From contig CM068750.1 in assembly GCA_035084275.1 (NCBI GenBank), forward strand, positions 13,578,001-13,642,000: a DNA stretch of 64,000 nt, given 5' to 3'. This stretch comes from Hydrolagus colliei (lineage: Eukaryota). Below, piece by piece: positions 23,001 to 36,512 of this stretch. How positions within the stretch are numbered: position 1 is the stretch's first letter; each line of letters starts with the position of its first letter. The notes beneath the pieces are model-generated. The model did no database searches. It had not been told where the DNA came from and worked only from the letters and a program-made list of their open reading frames with translations. The position numbers were made by a program, and so were the translations under genes.

Positions 23001-25384
23001 ATGAAACAAGACAGCCAGCAGTCTCTGGCCTACATTATCTTAAATGTCAGGGCAATCTCTGTGATAGTGCGAATTGGCCTTTCTCAAGATCATTTCGTTA
23101 CACACTATTTATTAAAATTTTGGTCTTTGTAAGTAGATATATTATACAGCCTCAAAAAATCTAAATTGTTCAGCAAGTGTAAAAAATAATGTATCATTTT
23201 AACAGAACATTGGCTTATTAATTACTGCTGCAATCCAGAAGCTATTACAATCCATACTTGGCATCACTCAACTGATGCTTGATTCATCTCATTCTCTCCT
23301 ACTCTTCTCAGCCTTGGCTGTTCTGTGGCACTTATACAGCTGGTTTCTCCATTCACAATGAGTTTAAGGTAGCTTTACGTAGAACGTATAAACAACTTTG
23401 AGTGACTATGTATCACACAGATGTCTATGCCATACCCTGAAAATAATGGGAGCTGAACAGGTGGGATGGAATCTTGGCTTAAAATCGCATTCAAAGGACT
23501 CGGCCTCCAACAATGCAACCCAATCCCTGGCACTGTATTGGTATGTCAGCATAGTTCAGATTCCCAATGTGGGGTAACCACAAATTTAAATGTAAAGTCA
23601 GCAACATTCAGTAGAAGCAAAGCTCTAGTTGGCTATCTCTGGCTGTTCCTACACTGAGGAAACCCATGTGGAGACAGACCTAAAGAGCATTGTTTCAAGA
23701 GAACAGGATCACCTGTGTTGGATGAACAAGAACAACAATAAATTACATTTATTTATTTTACCTTTCATGTCGGGAGGATGCCGCAAGTTACTGGCACGCG
23801 AATCTAGAAACAGGGGTTAGGTAATGGCATGTATGGGTTTCAACAAGCTGCCAGTTTATGCTTTTAAATGCTATGAAGATGCAGGTAGGCGATAGAATAG
23901 TTTGCATAACATTGCATCCAGAATTTGGATGCACCAGAGGAAATGTTCCTTGAACAGTGAAGACAATATGATGTTAATAAAAAAAGATAAGATTGTGACA
24001 GAGGAAGGAATTGTTGGTTTAAGTTAAGAGAATACCAAATGCTATGAATGCGTAACATGCTGTATGATGGAGGGGCCTTGATGTTGGAACTGATTTTCAC
24101 CTGTTGTAAAAACACAAACAAGTGAACAGATTTTTTTAATAATGTTATGAAATCTTCACCCATTTGATAAATGGCAGATGAAAAGTCATGGGGTGTAATT
24201 TCTATCCAGCGAGATGGCTGATCTGGCACATTCTACAAGTCCCTGATGTATTTTTCATTAATACCCAACTGTGATCTAATAACTCAGCTAGACCCACATC
24301 CGATCCTGGGGATGTGCATTTGAATTGGTGGAACTGTCATTTTGTATTGGGAATTTTACAGTTATTTTCTTAACCATAAAACTGCTTCTGATTGATATTG
24401 GTACTGTGTTTTCATAGGCTATTTTACACTCATAAACTGAATACTTGTACTTTTGTTCTTTATTGCAGCAATGTTTTCTATACCTTTCTGTACTCTACTT
24501 GAAAAGAGTTTCATTCAACACCCTGGTCATTCCCCAAAATAAAATTAGCCTTTAACACCATGGCTATTTTGGGGACATTGTTGTATGCAAACTGGCTGAT
24601 GAGATCGTGCACAGGATATACACGTTCACATCACTTTACAGTAAAACCTTTCAGACTCATTGATGAAGTGATCAGTTGCTTTAACAAAGGATTAATCCTT
24701 TATCAAATGATTATTTTTATTAAACATATTGGGGAAGGGGAGAATCTTGGAAGAAGAAAATATGGATACAACAACAAAAGAACAATAATAACTTCAGTTA
24801 TGTAGCACCTGCCACACAGGGTAGCGTCATTATTCCTTGCATTTGATACAGTGCCTTTTCACCGTGTCTTTGAGAAATCTCAAAACACTTCACAGAATAT
24901 AGTGTAGAGGGAATTCACTGTATATTTTGTGATCTGTGGTGTTGAGTGATTCTGATTGTGAATAAACATCCGATTTGATGCTGTGGAGATGGAAAGCAAG
25001 GGATATGTGATTCCAACTTGAAATGAATTCTCAAGCAAATACACTCCAATCTTTGGAGATCATGGTCTAGACTAAGATTCCAATACAGTGCTCGGGGTTG
25101 TGCTGCATTGTTGGAGGCTTCATCTTTTGGATGAGACATTGAACTTTACTCCAGTCTGTTATAATTACTTTATTGGAAAGTTTGAATGGTGGACCTCATT
25201 AAAGGAGTGTTAAAGCAGCTAAAGAGTGCTAAAATTAAATTGCGCACATTCTCAAAATCAAAATCGGACATCCTACGACACTTATTTGGTTGCCAGCATT
25301 TTAGAATAACAAGATAACTCCACATTATTCATAGGATTTAGAGGATGAAAATCCATGTTCATCAAAGCTAATCATAGCACTAGT

Positions 25385-26570
25385 CAACAACAAATAACAA
25401 CAACTTGCATTTATATAGCGTCCTCCACAGCCTTTGGGTGAGGTATTGATGGAGACAAGCAATTTGGCAGAGACGGAAGAAAGTGGTGCTGGTAAGGGAC
25501 TGGATATGGGGAAGGAAGGATACTTGGGAATTGAACTTGACACCTAAATTGCGCACGGGTTCGGAGAGTTTTATGGACAGGTCCTGTAGGTTTAGGAGGT
25601 CAGAATTATGAGACAGAAGATGTCAACAGGAGCCAAAGTGTATGGCTTTCAACTTGTTGACATTTAACTACAGGTAATTTGCACACATCTAGTTTTTGAT
25701 GACTGACAGACAAGCTGACAGAAAATCAGGGGACTAGGGGTTGCAACTGTAAGTGGAAAAGTAGAGTTAGGTGGCATCCGCATACATGTGAAAGTTAACC
25801 CAAATGCAAGTTGTTGTTGTTACAATAAATAATCTTTGCATGGATATCATGTAGATAAGGAAGAAAAGTAGGCCAAGGATGGATCAGGCAGAAGCGAAAA
25901 GAAAAGCCATTTGCAGAGATGTAGTGCTGGCAGTTTGTGAGATTGGAATCGAACCAAGTGAGTGCAGTCCCACTGAAGTGGATGGTGGGGGTGAACGGTG
26001 GAGGAGGATGAGCTGCTCAACCATATCGAACATGGCGGAGCGTTTCAGGAGGACGAGGAGGTAGAGAGAGTCCTAGTCGCTGATAGAGAGGACATTGTTT
26101 GTGACTTTCACAAGCATGGCAGAAGCCGGACTGGAGGGGTTTGAGTAGAGTGTGGAGGGAGAGGTGTACAAGATGTTCATTGGCAACAATGTATTCCAGA
26201 GGTTTTGTAAAGAAAGGTAGGTTTGAGATAGGGTGCTAGTATTCAAGATTGGAGAAATCTAGGGTAGGTTTTTTAAGTAGTGGGGTGATGATGGCGGTTT
26301 TGAGGGGGTGTGGGACTGATTATGAGGAGAGAGTCTGGAGAGGATTGCTGTCTGTCAGCAGTTGGCAGAGGAAGGGCAGCTGGGGGATCAGCAATCGGGT
26401 AGGGAGGAGGTCGAGGTAGCAGGTGGTGGGTTTCATTACGCTGATAGTGGATGAGTGGGAGGAATGAGAGATTGGAGAGAATGATTGTAGGATGCTGCCC
26501 TGGTGGGAGCTGATAGTGGGTTGGTGAGGGAGACGGAATGGGGGTGGTGGTGGGCGACATGGGGCAGAAG
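25385..26570 (-). mobile_element. Decayed, internally deleted L2 LINE (tail joined to RT-region pieces)
   Basis: (CAA)n tail with CTTGCATTTATATAGCG; reverse complement of GTAGAGTTAGGTGGCATCCGCATACATGTG gives HMYADATxLY; AAGGTAGGTTTGAGATAGGG gives PISNLP. Confidence 0.8.
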
Positions 26571-28669
26571 GAGGAGGCTGTCAGGTGGCTATTCCAAAAG
26601 AGAGGGAGTTTTGTACCAGCATCCTGGCTAAGAATACCCCAAAATAAATTTGGTCATTCTCTTAGTTCATAGCTGATCATGGTTTGTCTAAGCACTTCGG
26701 GACATCTTCCTGTCTGACATGCAATATAACTGTAAATTTGTATTACATTGCACAAAACACACAGTGGATTCTGTAAACTCTGTGAAATGCTTTGAGATGT
26801 CCCCATGATGTTGTGATAAACACAAGGATCATTATATGCCAGTGTCCTTTTTGTAGGAGCATTAATTAGCTAATTTAAAGTCACCATTTAAAAATAATTA
26901 TTCTGGGAAAAATATGCCCATCAATGGACGGGTTGAAAATAATTGCTTCCAAACATTACCTGAGGTTAGGTCTAGAATGTGTTCTTCAAGTTTTGATGTT
27001 TTTGTGACATCGATATTTATGTTAGATGTAACAATTTCGCTAAGGTTAAGCAGATCACAGAAGCAATTTTTAAAAAACTTTAATTGATTCCTTGTGCTTT
27101 AGCATTTCAAAAACATATTTCCAAACAATCTCTGAAGAGAACATCAATGCTGAGAGACCTCCCACCAGCTTTATGTGCTGTTTCAGTTCAAGTAAAATAA
27201 ATGTGTGCCAATGTCCCATTATATTCTCCACATCCCATCGATCAGGAGGATGAAACATTGCTTTGAAACGTGGGTTATTACAGAAAGTAAACCTGCTCTT
27301 CTACGATTCACATACTATAGAATATACAGTAAAGTGAATTGACTGTATGATTTGAAAGTGGAACACGGCAGCTAATTACACACAATGGTGTCCCACAAAC
27401 AGTTGTGGATTAATTGACCAAATTTACATACATTTAAATAGAACCTGTCATATTGGGAGGATGTCCCAAGGAGATTAACAATTCTGGTGGATTGAAGGGA
27501 GAACTGGATGGTGTTTGTTCCAGAGAATGGAAGCAAAATATTCTGGCTTCATTCATCCACCATGTCCTAGGGTTTGTTGAAAAGGCTGTGCTCAACTGTG
27601 TTACTCAGGTACAAGCAAAATTGTTTGAATAGATGGGTTTGCAAAATTCTGTGCAGCTTTTAAGAGTAGGGTATAGAGACTAAAGAGTGATTCTAATACA
27701 TGAGCAAGACAGTGAGGTGGCAATCTCTAGTAATATTCTTTCCTACAAGAAATATCTCCCTATTAAACAATAATGTTATCTTTCTTTCTGTCTATCGATC
27801 GATCTATCTTTTGCTTATTCCTCCCTCTAGCCTTTTTCTGCCTCAGATGCAACCTACTTCTTAATTGCTCCCAACACAGCTTGATGTAACTATTGTCTGA
27901 GAAAGGTAGAATGAAAAATCTATAGCTGAAATAAAGGAACCTCATCTCATTTTTTTATTAGCAAAGAAAATCTGGTCCGATCATCTCAGCTACAGTACCC
28001 TCGCAGAAAATATCGGAATTAACCTCAGCATGATTGTATACGTGCAGTGATATTGAAGCATATGGATATAGGAACAATTTCAAGTTGTGCTACATTTTCT
28101 ATCAAGTCTCTATGCAGTATAGAACAGAAAGGTTCTATGTTGAATCCTCCTGCGCTGTATTTTAATGGTGAAGCTGAGGAGGAGAGTCTTCGCTCCTAGG
28201 TAATCAACAATGGGAACAGGTTGCTAGGAAGCATGGTTAAGGCCAGGAAGGTTGATTGATACAAGGTCACAGGACTCATTATAAAAGAGCTCAATGCTGT
28301 GAAGGGATGATGCTATGATCGGTATTCTGGAGAGATGAGATCAGATGGGCCAAGGGCCTTCTTGATCCAAACAGACTTTTTGATTAACTGACTGAAAGTG
28401 CGTTTGCCGAGATCCATTCCCCTGACTACTACCCAGCAACAATTACTGAAGCTTACTGATCTGAGCAGATCCTGGGGTATGTAAAGTTTGGTCTTGAAGG
28501 TTCCTTTTTTTCAAGCATCTAATCAAGCTCTTTGTCCATGCTCACACACAAAAAATGGCAGCTTGGGGAGAATACAAGACATCCACTTGAACTATTACTT
28601 AGCTCAAGCCATTGCTTTTAGGAATGGAGAGCAAAGACAGAAAAGTATACACAAAATAAATCCTATTAA

Positions 28670-28830
28670 GACACATACACAATGATAGACACATACAATC
28701 TAACAGATATCCTCAATGACACATATGGAATGCAGATTCACACTGACAGATACATACACAATGGTGTTCACAGACATGTACAGTTATATTCAATGACACA
28801 TATGTGACACAAACTCGCACAATGGCAGAC
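28670..28830. repeat. Degenerate CA-rich minisatellite
   Basis: Recurrent GACACATACACAATG / CAGATACATACACAATG / CAATGACACATATG units. Confidence 0.55.
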
Positions 28831-30429
28831 AGGCTAAGATCACTTATTAATGAGAAATGCAGACACTGAAGCAAAAAAAGTTAGAATATAGTCCAGAACA
28901 CAATTCCATTCCTGCTTGTCTATTTATACTGTATTTGTACTGCTGAGAGCTAAGTGACAGTTTAGCGACATGAAGCTGCAAACTCCGATTGTAACGCTCT
29001 CTCCACGTCACTTTCAATCAGGCCAGATGAAAACAACCACTGAATGCTGGATGCTGGTCTGCGTTTGTAGGTCGTCTCTTCAATAACATTAAATGAGAAT
29101 GTTTCGAGAGCTGAGAGGGTACCTCAGGGGAGGAAGCCTAACGCAAATCACACCTGCCACATTTGTATTTTGTGTGGGTGTGAATCACATCCTCCTGATG
29201 CTACCAGCTGATGGTAGGCAGACATACGGCTCCAGTGGGATTCAACCTGCTCTAGTCAATGTTTATATATGTTTGTCTGCATAAGTAAATACCAAGCTCC
29301 ATCTAAAGGCTTACATATGCAGTAACTGTACTTTAAAGCAAAAATCCTGTAACACACTTTCACTGGCAACAACGGGATAAGGCACTATATCAAAGGCAAG
29401 GATTATTATTAATTCAAAGCATTTGAATTGTTTTTAAAGAATTAACATTGTGAGCCCAAATACAGGCCACTATTGTCGGATGATGAGAACGCCAATGTCT
29501 CTTCATTGGATTCGCAGTGTGATGCACGAACAAAGTCTTTTTTGTTTCTGCTGGTGAATACATCCACATTTCCCAGCGGTGATCAAGGTCACAGAATGGA
29601 TATGCTAACAAAAGCAGACAGCTCTGCTATTTACTGGCAATTGATTCAGACTATTGGGAGAGGTGAATGGTGTGAGCAGAGGCTAGGGCTGGCTTTTATA
29701 ATTCCCTGAACATGCAAACTAAAATATCACTAGTGTTAGGTTTCTTGACATAACTGACAAATCAGTATCACATGTGAAAACCTAATGTCAATTTTTATTT
29801 TCATTCCATGCCTACCTTGTGATGGTGAACGGTGAATAAGCCACAATTTAACTTCCAGGCTCCTAAATATTGTTCTTTAAATTTGACGTACACACAAGGT
29901 TGTTCTCTAACAATCCAGTAACAAATTTACACAAACATCAAAAATACCTTTCTGACTACAGTTGTTGCAATATTAGCAGTGCGCTCAGCAAATACTGCCC
30001 CGCTTCATGTCCCCCCCCTGCTTTCTGCCATACCACTAGTGGACGAACTTAATTTCAGCTGTTCTACCCCTGCTCTGGCACTCCATCCAATTGTCTATAG
30101 ACTCTGTACCTATAGATGTGATTCTTCCATCGTGCATTGTATTTTATATTTCAAGAAGTTCCTAATTCATGGTAACCTCAGCAAGCACTTTGCCAGCATT
30201 GACGATGATGCCACATCTAGACATGACATCTATAACAGCAGCTGAAAACAAACAGTGCTTCTTCACCGTTCAACCTGTCATCTTATCACAACCAGTCACC
30301 CCCACAAACATTCATGTTCTCAGAACAGCAGGCAAATAAATACAAGTGCTCAGGTGCAGATATTTTTCAACATAAGGACACAGGGAGAAACTAAATATCA
30401 CATGTCCAAACTGTTCAGTCAACAAACTC

Positions 30430-30660
30430 AGTATTAATCCTTCAATATGACATTACCGCCTTTCACACAGAGTGGACGCCTGAAAGTGTTTCACCGGATA
30501 TAGTGTAAAGTGCGGTGACTGTGCAGGTTTTGTTGGCACCTTCAGCAGCCAACTGAAGCACAGCAATGTCCCACAAACAGTCCTGACATGAATGATCAAT
30601 TTATCTGGGAGAGAATTGTTGCTCAGGACACCTGGAGAAATTTGTTGAATAGATTTTTAA
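30430..30660 (-). mobile_element. Deu-SINE 3' half
   Basis: CGCCTTTCAC, AATGTCCCACAAACAG, TTGCTCAGGACACCTGGAGAAA. Confidence 0.65.
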
Positions 30661-30812
30661 CATTCAATAAAGTACATTAGCTGATGAACAGTATACTAAG
30701 AACATATCTGGTGAATCATACAGCTGTGGGGTAAGGCTGCTGTTTTGGAATTCAGCATTTTGTGAACCTCGCAATCTTAAACCAACTTCTGTAGGAATTA
30801 CTTCATAATGTG

Positions 30813-31040
30813 AAGTCCTGTGGCTTAGTGGTTAGAGCACTCACCTTGCAAGTGAGAGGAGCTGGGTTTGATTCAAGGCAGGGCAAAACATTGGGCAAGT
30901 TTCCTTGCTCCACACACCTATGTTTACCCAACAGTAAGTTAATCGATTATAGGACACTGTGATTACAGTATATTCTGTGAAGCGCTTTGAGGGGTCTCAA
31001 AGACATGATTAGGTGCTATATTTAATTCAAGAATTATATA
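30813..31040 (+). mobile_element. tRNA-CORE-like SINE (family B)
   Basis: GTCCTGTGGCTTAGTGGTTAGAGCACTCACCTTGCAAG...GGTTTGATTC...TTGGGCAAGTTTCCTT...GTGAAGCGCTTTGAG. Confidence 0.8.
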
Positions 31041-31604
31041 TGATATTCTTGATCCAACTGATCCTGTGGGATTAGTTTGAAGGAACATTTAGTGCTTGAA
31101 TTTGGAATCCGGATTAAGATTTTAACAACTATGGTGGCTATTCTGCTAAATTTGCTTGGAGCAGTGAATTATTGATGATGGCTAAGCGCAACTCTGCTCC
31201 ATTTAGTTCATTTGTTGATGTTCCTTTATAAAAAGCAGCAACCCATCTTTACATGTGTAATTGCATTATATATGTATAATGTGGTTATTTTTAATTTTAA
31301 ACACATTAGTTATTGATAAGTGTGCAATGCCACATTCGCTGAACTTTTGGAATGGAGAAGAATGGCAAAACCATACATAATGTTTAGGAGAAAGTGAGAT
31401 TAAAATATAAGTCATTTATAGCTTTAAGCATCAATACATGAAATCCTTTCAAAGAAAATATGCCTTGGAGGTGAAAAAAGAGTTAAGTCTTAATGCTTCT
31501 CCCAATATCCCTTCCTCCTTCACTCCCTTCCTTCAAAACCTTATCCAAACCTTTTGAGCGTGCCTTTTAGGCAATGGCCTTAACTTCTCCTTCACTCCTC
31601 GGTG

Positions 31605-31905
31605 CTGTCCCACAGCTCAGTGGTTAGAGCAAGCGAGAGACCTGGGTTCAATTCCAGGCAAGGTGAAACCTTGGACAAGTTTCCTTACTCCACATGCCTA
31701 ATAATAATCCTTCAACAAAAACATTAATAATTTGGTCATTTCAATCCAAGACTGTTTGTGAGACACTTTGGTGCGCAATTTGGCTGTTATGTTTTGCCCA
31801 CATATATACAGTCAATTCACTTTACAGTATATTCTGCGAAGCACTTTGAGATGTCTAGAAGATGTGAAAAGCGCTATATCAAATGCATGGATTATTATTA
31901 TTGTT
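31605..31905 (+). mobile_element. tRNA-CORE-like SINE (family B)
   Basis: GCTCAGTGGTTAGAGC, GGTTCAATTCC, CCTTGGACAAGTTTCC, Deu-3' segment and (ATT)n tail. Confidence 0.8.
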
Positions 31906-32469
31906 ATGTGCTTTGAGATGTCTTGGTGATACAATTATTATAATAAATAGGCAAATTAAACAGAAAACAAAACTCTGAATAGCTATGTATTTATCCAATT
32001 AGGATCACATTCCCCAGACAGAAGAGAAATCCAAACTATAGGGTTTGCCGTTTTATACACCCATGAATAAAATAGAATCAAAGTAAGTGTAAACAGATGC
32101 ATCATTGACTGCACTGTGGTACTGCTGGCAAAACTAATTAATCACCGGATCGGGAAACGGACTGTAAATATAATGGAGAAAGTAATGTCAATATAATGCG
32201 ATGACAATAAAAATCCAATTTTTACACGGCAGCTTCTGCATAATATTTTGGGTTTTTTCCAGGATTGTGTAATCCAACAAGGACTAAATAATGAATTGCT
32301 ATAATAATAATAGGCCACAGACTTCTAAAACAATGAAAAACCCACATGCTTCCTTGTTTTGACATTTTTTTAAATACATAGAATTTGTGTAACAACACTA
32401 CTAGGAGGTACATTTATCCTTGATAATCATGGGCATATATTTTTCAAATCACCCTTTATGCCATTCTGT

Positions 32470-32832
32470 AGGAATCCTGTGGTTAGAGCAATCGCCTCAC
32501 AAGTGAGAGACCTAGGTTTGATTCCTGACAGGGCAAAATGTTGGATAAGTTTCCCTACTCCACAGGCCTCTGTTTACCTAGCAGTAAACAGGAATCCGGT
32601 TGTTAGTCGATTGGCGGATCGCTTTTCTGAGTATAATAATCTATTAAAAAAAACAATAATAATTTGGTCACTCCATCCACAACTATTTGTGGGACGCTGC
32701 TGTGCCCAATTGGCTGCCATGTTTCACCCACAAATATACAGTCAATACACCTTACAGAATATTCTGTGAAGTGCTTTGAGGCATCTGGAAGACATTAATA
32801 GCACTGTATTAAATGCAAGGATTTTTATTATT
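32470..32832 (+). mobile_element. tRNA-CORE-like SINE (family B), near full length
   Basis: GTGGTTAGAGCAATCGCC...GCCTCTGTTTACCTAGCAGTAAACAGGAATCCGGTTGTTAGTCGATTGGCGGAT...AAATGCAAGGATT. Confidence 0.85.
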
Positions 32833-32860
32833 CTGAATTGGAATGGATTCAATGGTAAGA

Positions 32861-33110
32861 TGTATGGGTTTAGCTGGTTAAACTCCCAACAGTTAACAGC
32901 TAATCTACACTCCAAGCCTTGGATCTTGCCAGCCTGTGCCTATTACTATCCGAAATCAGGTGAACAGCAAGCATCCTTTAGGGGAGAGAATGTTCATTCC
33001 ATTCCAGACACAGAAATTTCCATGTGTGGATGACGCACGTGGAAGTCTCTGTCCGCTTTGGAAACTCTTAGGCACCGTGCTGGGTTTTTGTATGTGGCTG
33101 ACCCAAAAGA
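32861..33110 (+). repeat. Unclassified dispersed repeat, copy 1
   Basis: Shares GGTTTAGCTG.TTAAACT, CCAAGCCTTGG and GGGAGAGA.TG..CATTCCATTCCA with copies at 43729 and 63811. Confidence 0.65.
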
Positions 33111-33914
33111 AATCTTGTACAGTATTAATATTGCAGAGGATGGAAAGTGGTAATTCTGGCTAAAACATCCTTGTTAGCAAAACAGAGAGGTGGGCAACAT
33201 ACAATATGTGATGAGATAGTTAGTGTCCAAGGTACCAGACACAATGATGTAGGACAGAACTTTTTATCTATGAAGTGTGATTTTGGACATGTTTTAGATT
33301 GCCAAAAATGATGCTGTTTTAAAACACAAAATAAAGCATTGTTGCTGTAAATCAACGGTCCATTTGGAAGCCAGCTCCAGAACAATTCATCTCCCTCAGA
33401 TCCCATTTCGATTGCCCATTGAGCAGCAATTTGATGTCAATGTAAACACATTGCTTAAAGGCAATCAGAGAAGCTGGAGTTCTGCTTCAAGCACAAACTT
33501 TCTTAGCAAAGTTGTTTTATGTTGGTTTGAATCATCGCCAGGTTTCATAGATATATCCATATGTAGTTAACACATTCTGATCGTATAGCTTCTCTTAAAA
33601 TCTTTTATTTGCTTTCATTGGTACACTCATACTTTAAAGCTAACATTATATTAAAACTCTCCACTTATTGGAACAGGGGAGCCCTCAGTAAAATTTAACC
33701 ATTAACAGCAAGTTTAATGCCCATACATTTGCAAAGGGTTTTGATAGCAATTTTGAAGGGCACCCTCAACTGTGCTAAATTGATCTTCATGTATTTGCAC
33801 AGAAACACTGCCGCGAATGAATAAATTCAGGGAAGTGATTCACAGAATCAGAAAGGTTATTTGAGATTTTCTGCAGTCTTTTCCAGATCTTCCCTTCGGA
33901 GGTGGTTTTGTAAT

Positions 33915-34290
33915 ATTAATCATCCTTGGATTTAGTACAGCACCTTTAACATTAATAGGCTGCGTCAGAGTGCTTCACGAGATATATTGTAATGTTCAGT
34001 GACTGTGTATTTATTGGGGGGATTGGGGGTTGGGGGGCATGTTGGCTAGGACATTTGGAGAAACTCCCTTCTCTTTTCAAATAGTGCTATGGGATGTTTA
34101 ACGTCCACCTGAACGGATGTCAGTTTAACCTCTCAACTGAAGGATTGCACCTCTGACATTCCAGCACTCTGGTACTATAGTGCATTGGAGTGTCCTCTTG
34201 ATCTATGTGAGTTCTAGGTCCCGACGTACAGCTTAAACCCACAACTTTCTGTCTCAAAGGCGAGAATGCTACCAACTGAGCCAAGTTGAC
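33915..34290 (-). mobile_element. Near full-length Deu-domain tRNA-SINE
   Basis: Reverse complement: head CTACCAACTGAGCCAAGTTGAC, Deu GGGATGTTTAACGTCCACCTGA, tail CACCTTTAAC. Confidence 0.8.
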
Positions 34291-34729
34291 TCCGTGCCTC
34301 CGTGCAGAAGCCCAGGGATCCCAGGTGTTATCCCTACAGATAATATCTTGGCTATTTGGAGGGATAAAGCCAAGAAAGAGGAAAAGAGGACTGCTTTCAA
34401 TCCTAATTTCATATTAAAATCATTATACAGTACAGTACTTTTAATCGAAATTATTTTTCTCTCTCTGATGAAGCTGATCCACGTTTTGTGGTGTTTGTCT
34501 GTATACAGTATATACACAGTGGAATCAATTTCAACTTGAAGCCACAAGCTATCCATATTGTTTACTGCATTGTCTCAATTCCAGTCTGTTTTCTGCTCAT
34601 TGATTCTGGTATGGTATTCGCTTTTCTAATGAGATCATGCAGTCAGTCTAACACATCAGGTGTCAGCAGAGTCTAACAATCTTGTCTCTCAGCTCTTTTC
34701 TACCGTATATCGGTCTACAAAAACAAATT

Positions 34730-34992
34730 TTTGGTCACTCAATCCATGTTAGCGATTGGTGGATTGTTTTCCGGGGGTAATAATCCCTTCAATAAATAAA
34801 TACCTGTACATAAATAATAATTTGGTCACTCATTTATGTTTATGGGATACTGCTGCGAGTAATGTTTCCCCCCACAATAAACACAGTCAATCCACATAAC
34901 AGTACATTCTGCAAAGCGCTTTGAGATGCCTCAATGATGTGGTAAGGCGCTTTATCAAATGCAATCATTGTTATTCTTCTTATTATTATTAT
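34730..34992 (+). mobile_element. Family B SINE 3' part
   Basis: GCGATTGGTGGATTG...TTTGGTCACT...GCAAAGCGCTTTGAGATG...GGCGCTTTATCAAATGCAA. Confidence 0.7.
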
Positions 34993-36164
34993 TTTCTGAG
35001 TTCTGCTACTGGGACCAACACAGCATCACACCAATTTCCAAAGCTATCAACAAGAATGTTCAAAATCAATACTGTAATTCACAACAAATACTATAATTTA
35101 CAATGGGAACACTTTTTGCCAATCAATCTAATGTGGTTTCTGACAACCCATTTTGATTGGTTACTCTTTTTACCATAATTCCTTCATCTGTATCGTATTG
35201 CAAAAGTTAAAAGCGTTCCCCAAGTCCTAGAATATGCTTTGAACTTATGTGGTCTGAAACCCATGATCTTCTGACTCAACAATAAACAATTTGTATTTAT
35301 ATAGCACCTTTCACCTTTCTTCCTTGCGTAAATGTGGCATCCTCTTAAATGCATCTCCATCATCAACAACAACAAAATTACATTTGTAAAGCGCCTTTCA
35401 TGTTGGCAGCATGTCCCAAGGAGTCTATATCAAATGTGAGGATTGTTATACTGCAGATTCTTGAGCAGGCCATTAAAATCTGACTAATTAAATCAGTTTA
35501 AATCTTTGGCCATTCATTATGTAAAACCAGTCCTAAATCTTCTAAACTCTTTCTTATTAAACCTGCCAGCCTACATCTGTTGATCTGCACCCAAAACGAT
35601 TGTAAATATTTAATGGATCTCTAGTCCATTATGTGCAATGAGCTGTGAGTCTCTGGAGATGAGATAAATGAGAAGATAGCTCATTAGTCAGTCGTTGAGT
35701 GAAGGGAAAGATAGCTGGTGAGAGGTGGCGTGAAATATGTTTGTAAGTAACGTGTGGATCAGTGGTAGGTACGTGCAAAGTCAATTGGTCACTGTGACAA
35801 AAGATAGTGCTTTCATTTTCCCTTTGTACTAGACACACTTTCTTTGGATGTTCTTATCCTTGTTGTGGGCAATTTGTCTGGAACACAAATAAGTTCTGTT
35901 TGAGCTGTCTGAATTATTCAAGGAAATGGACATGTTCCTGAAAGCTATTACCACTTGATTACTTGAGCCTAGAAGTTTTGATGGAGGTGTGAAAGAATTT
36001 CCCCACTCATTAGCACATATTAATGCAAAACTCTCCTTGCGAGCTTGCCAAGCCTTCATCGTGTGTCAATAAGATGAGTAAGAATCACGGAATGCTTTGC
36101 AATAATTGCTTTATTTTCTGTGTGTATTTATTTTTGTCTACTTACAGTTTCCCTTTCTCTTATT

Positions 36165-36512
36165 GTGTCAGCTTGGCGCAGTGATATCATATCTCGCCTC
36201 TGAGTCAGAAAGTTGTGGTTTCGAGCCCCATGTCGATGCTTGGAATCACATAGTTGAGGCTGGCACTCCAATGCAGCACTGGGGAGCTGTCATCCTTCAG
36301 TTGAGACATTAAACCGAGTCTATCTACCTGTTCAAGTGGATAATAAACATCCCACAGCACTATTTGTTTCTCCTGCTGTCTTGGGCAAACTGGATGCTTC
36401 ATTCGCCCACAAAATACACAGTTAATTTACTTTACAATATATCCTGTGAGCTCTTTCAGACACCTCGACAATGTGATAGATTGCTATACCAAATGCAAAG
36501 ATTATTATTATT
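36165..36512 (+). mobile_element. Deu-domain tRNA-SINE
   Basis: TGTCAGCTTGGCGCAGTG...CTCGCCTCTGAGTCAGAAAGTTGTGGTTTCGAGCCCCA; GAGACATTAAACCGAG; ATT tail. Confidence 0.8.

Noticed and set aside
28670-28830. CRISPR-like array
   Set aside because: Units are irregular, degenerate and CA-rich, with no unique spacers; the context is eukaryotic with no cas genes.
29147-29184. Hairpin TCACACC...GGTGTGA as a pre-miRNA
   Set aside because: The stem is too short and low in complexity for a miRNA precursor.
30813-30885. tRNA gene
   Set aside because: This is a tRNA-derived SINE head: no acceptor stem, and it continues into the SINE body. The same applies to the other copies.
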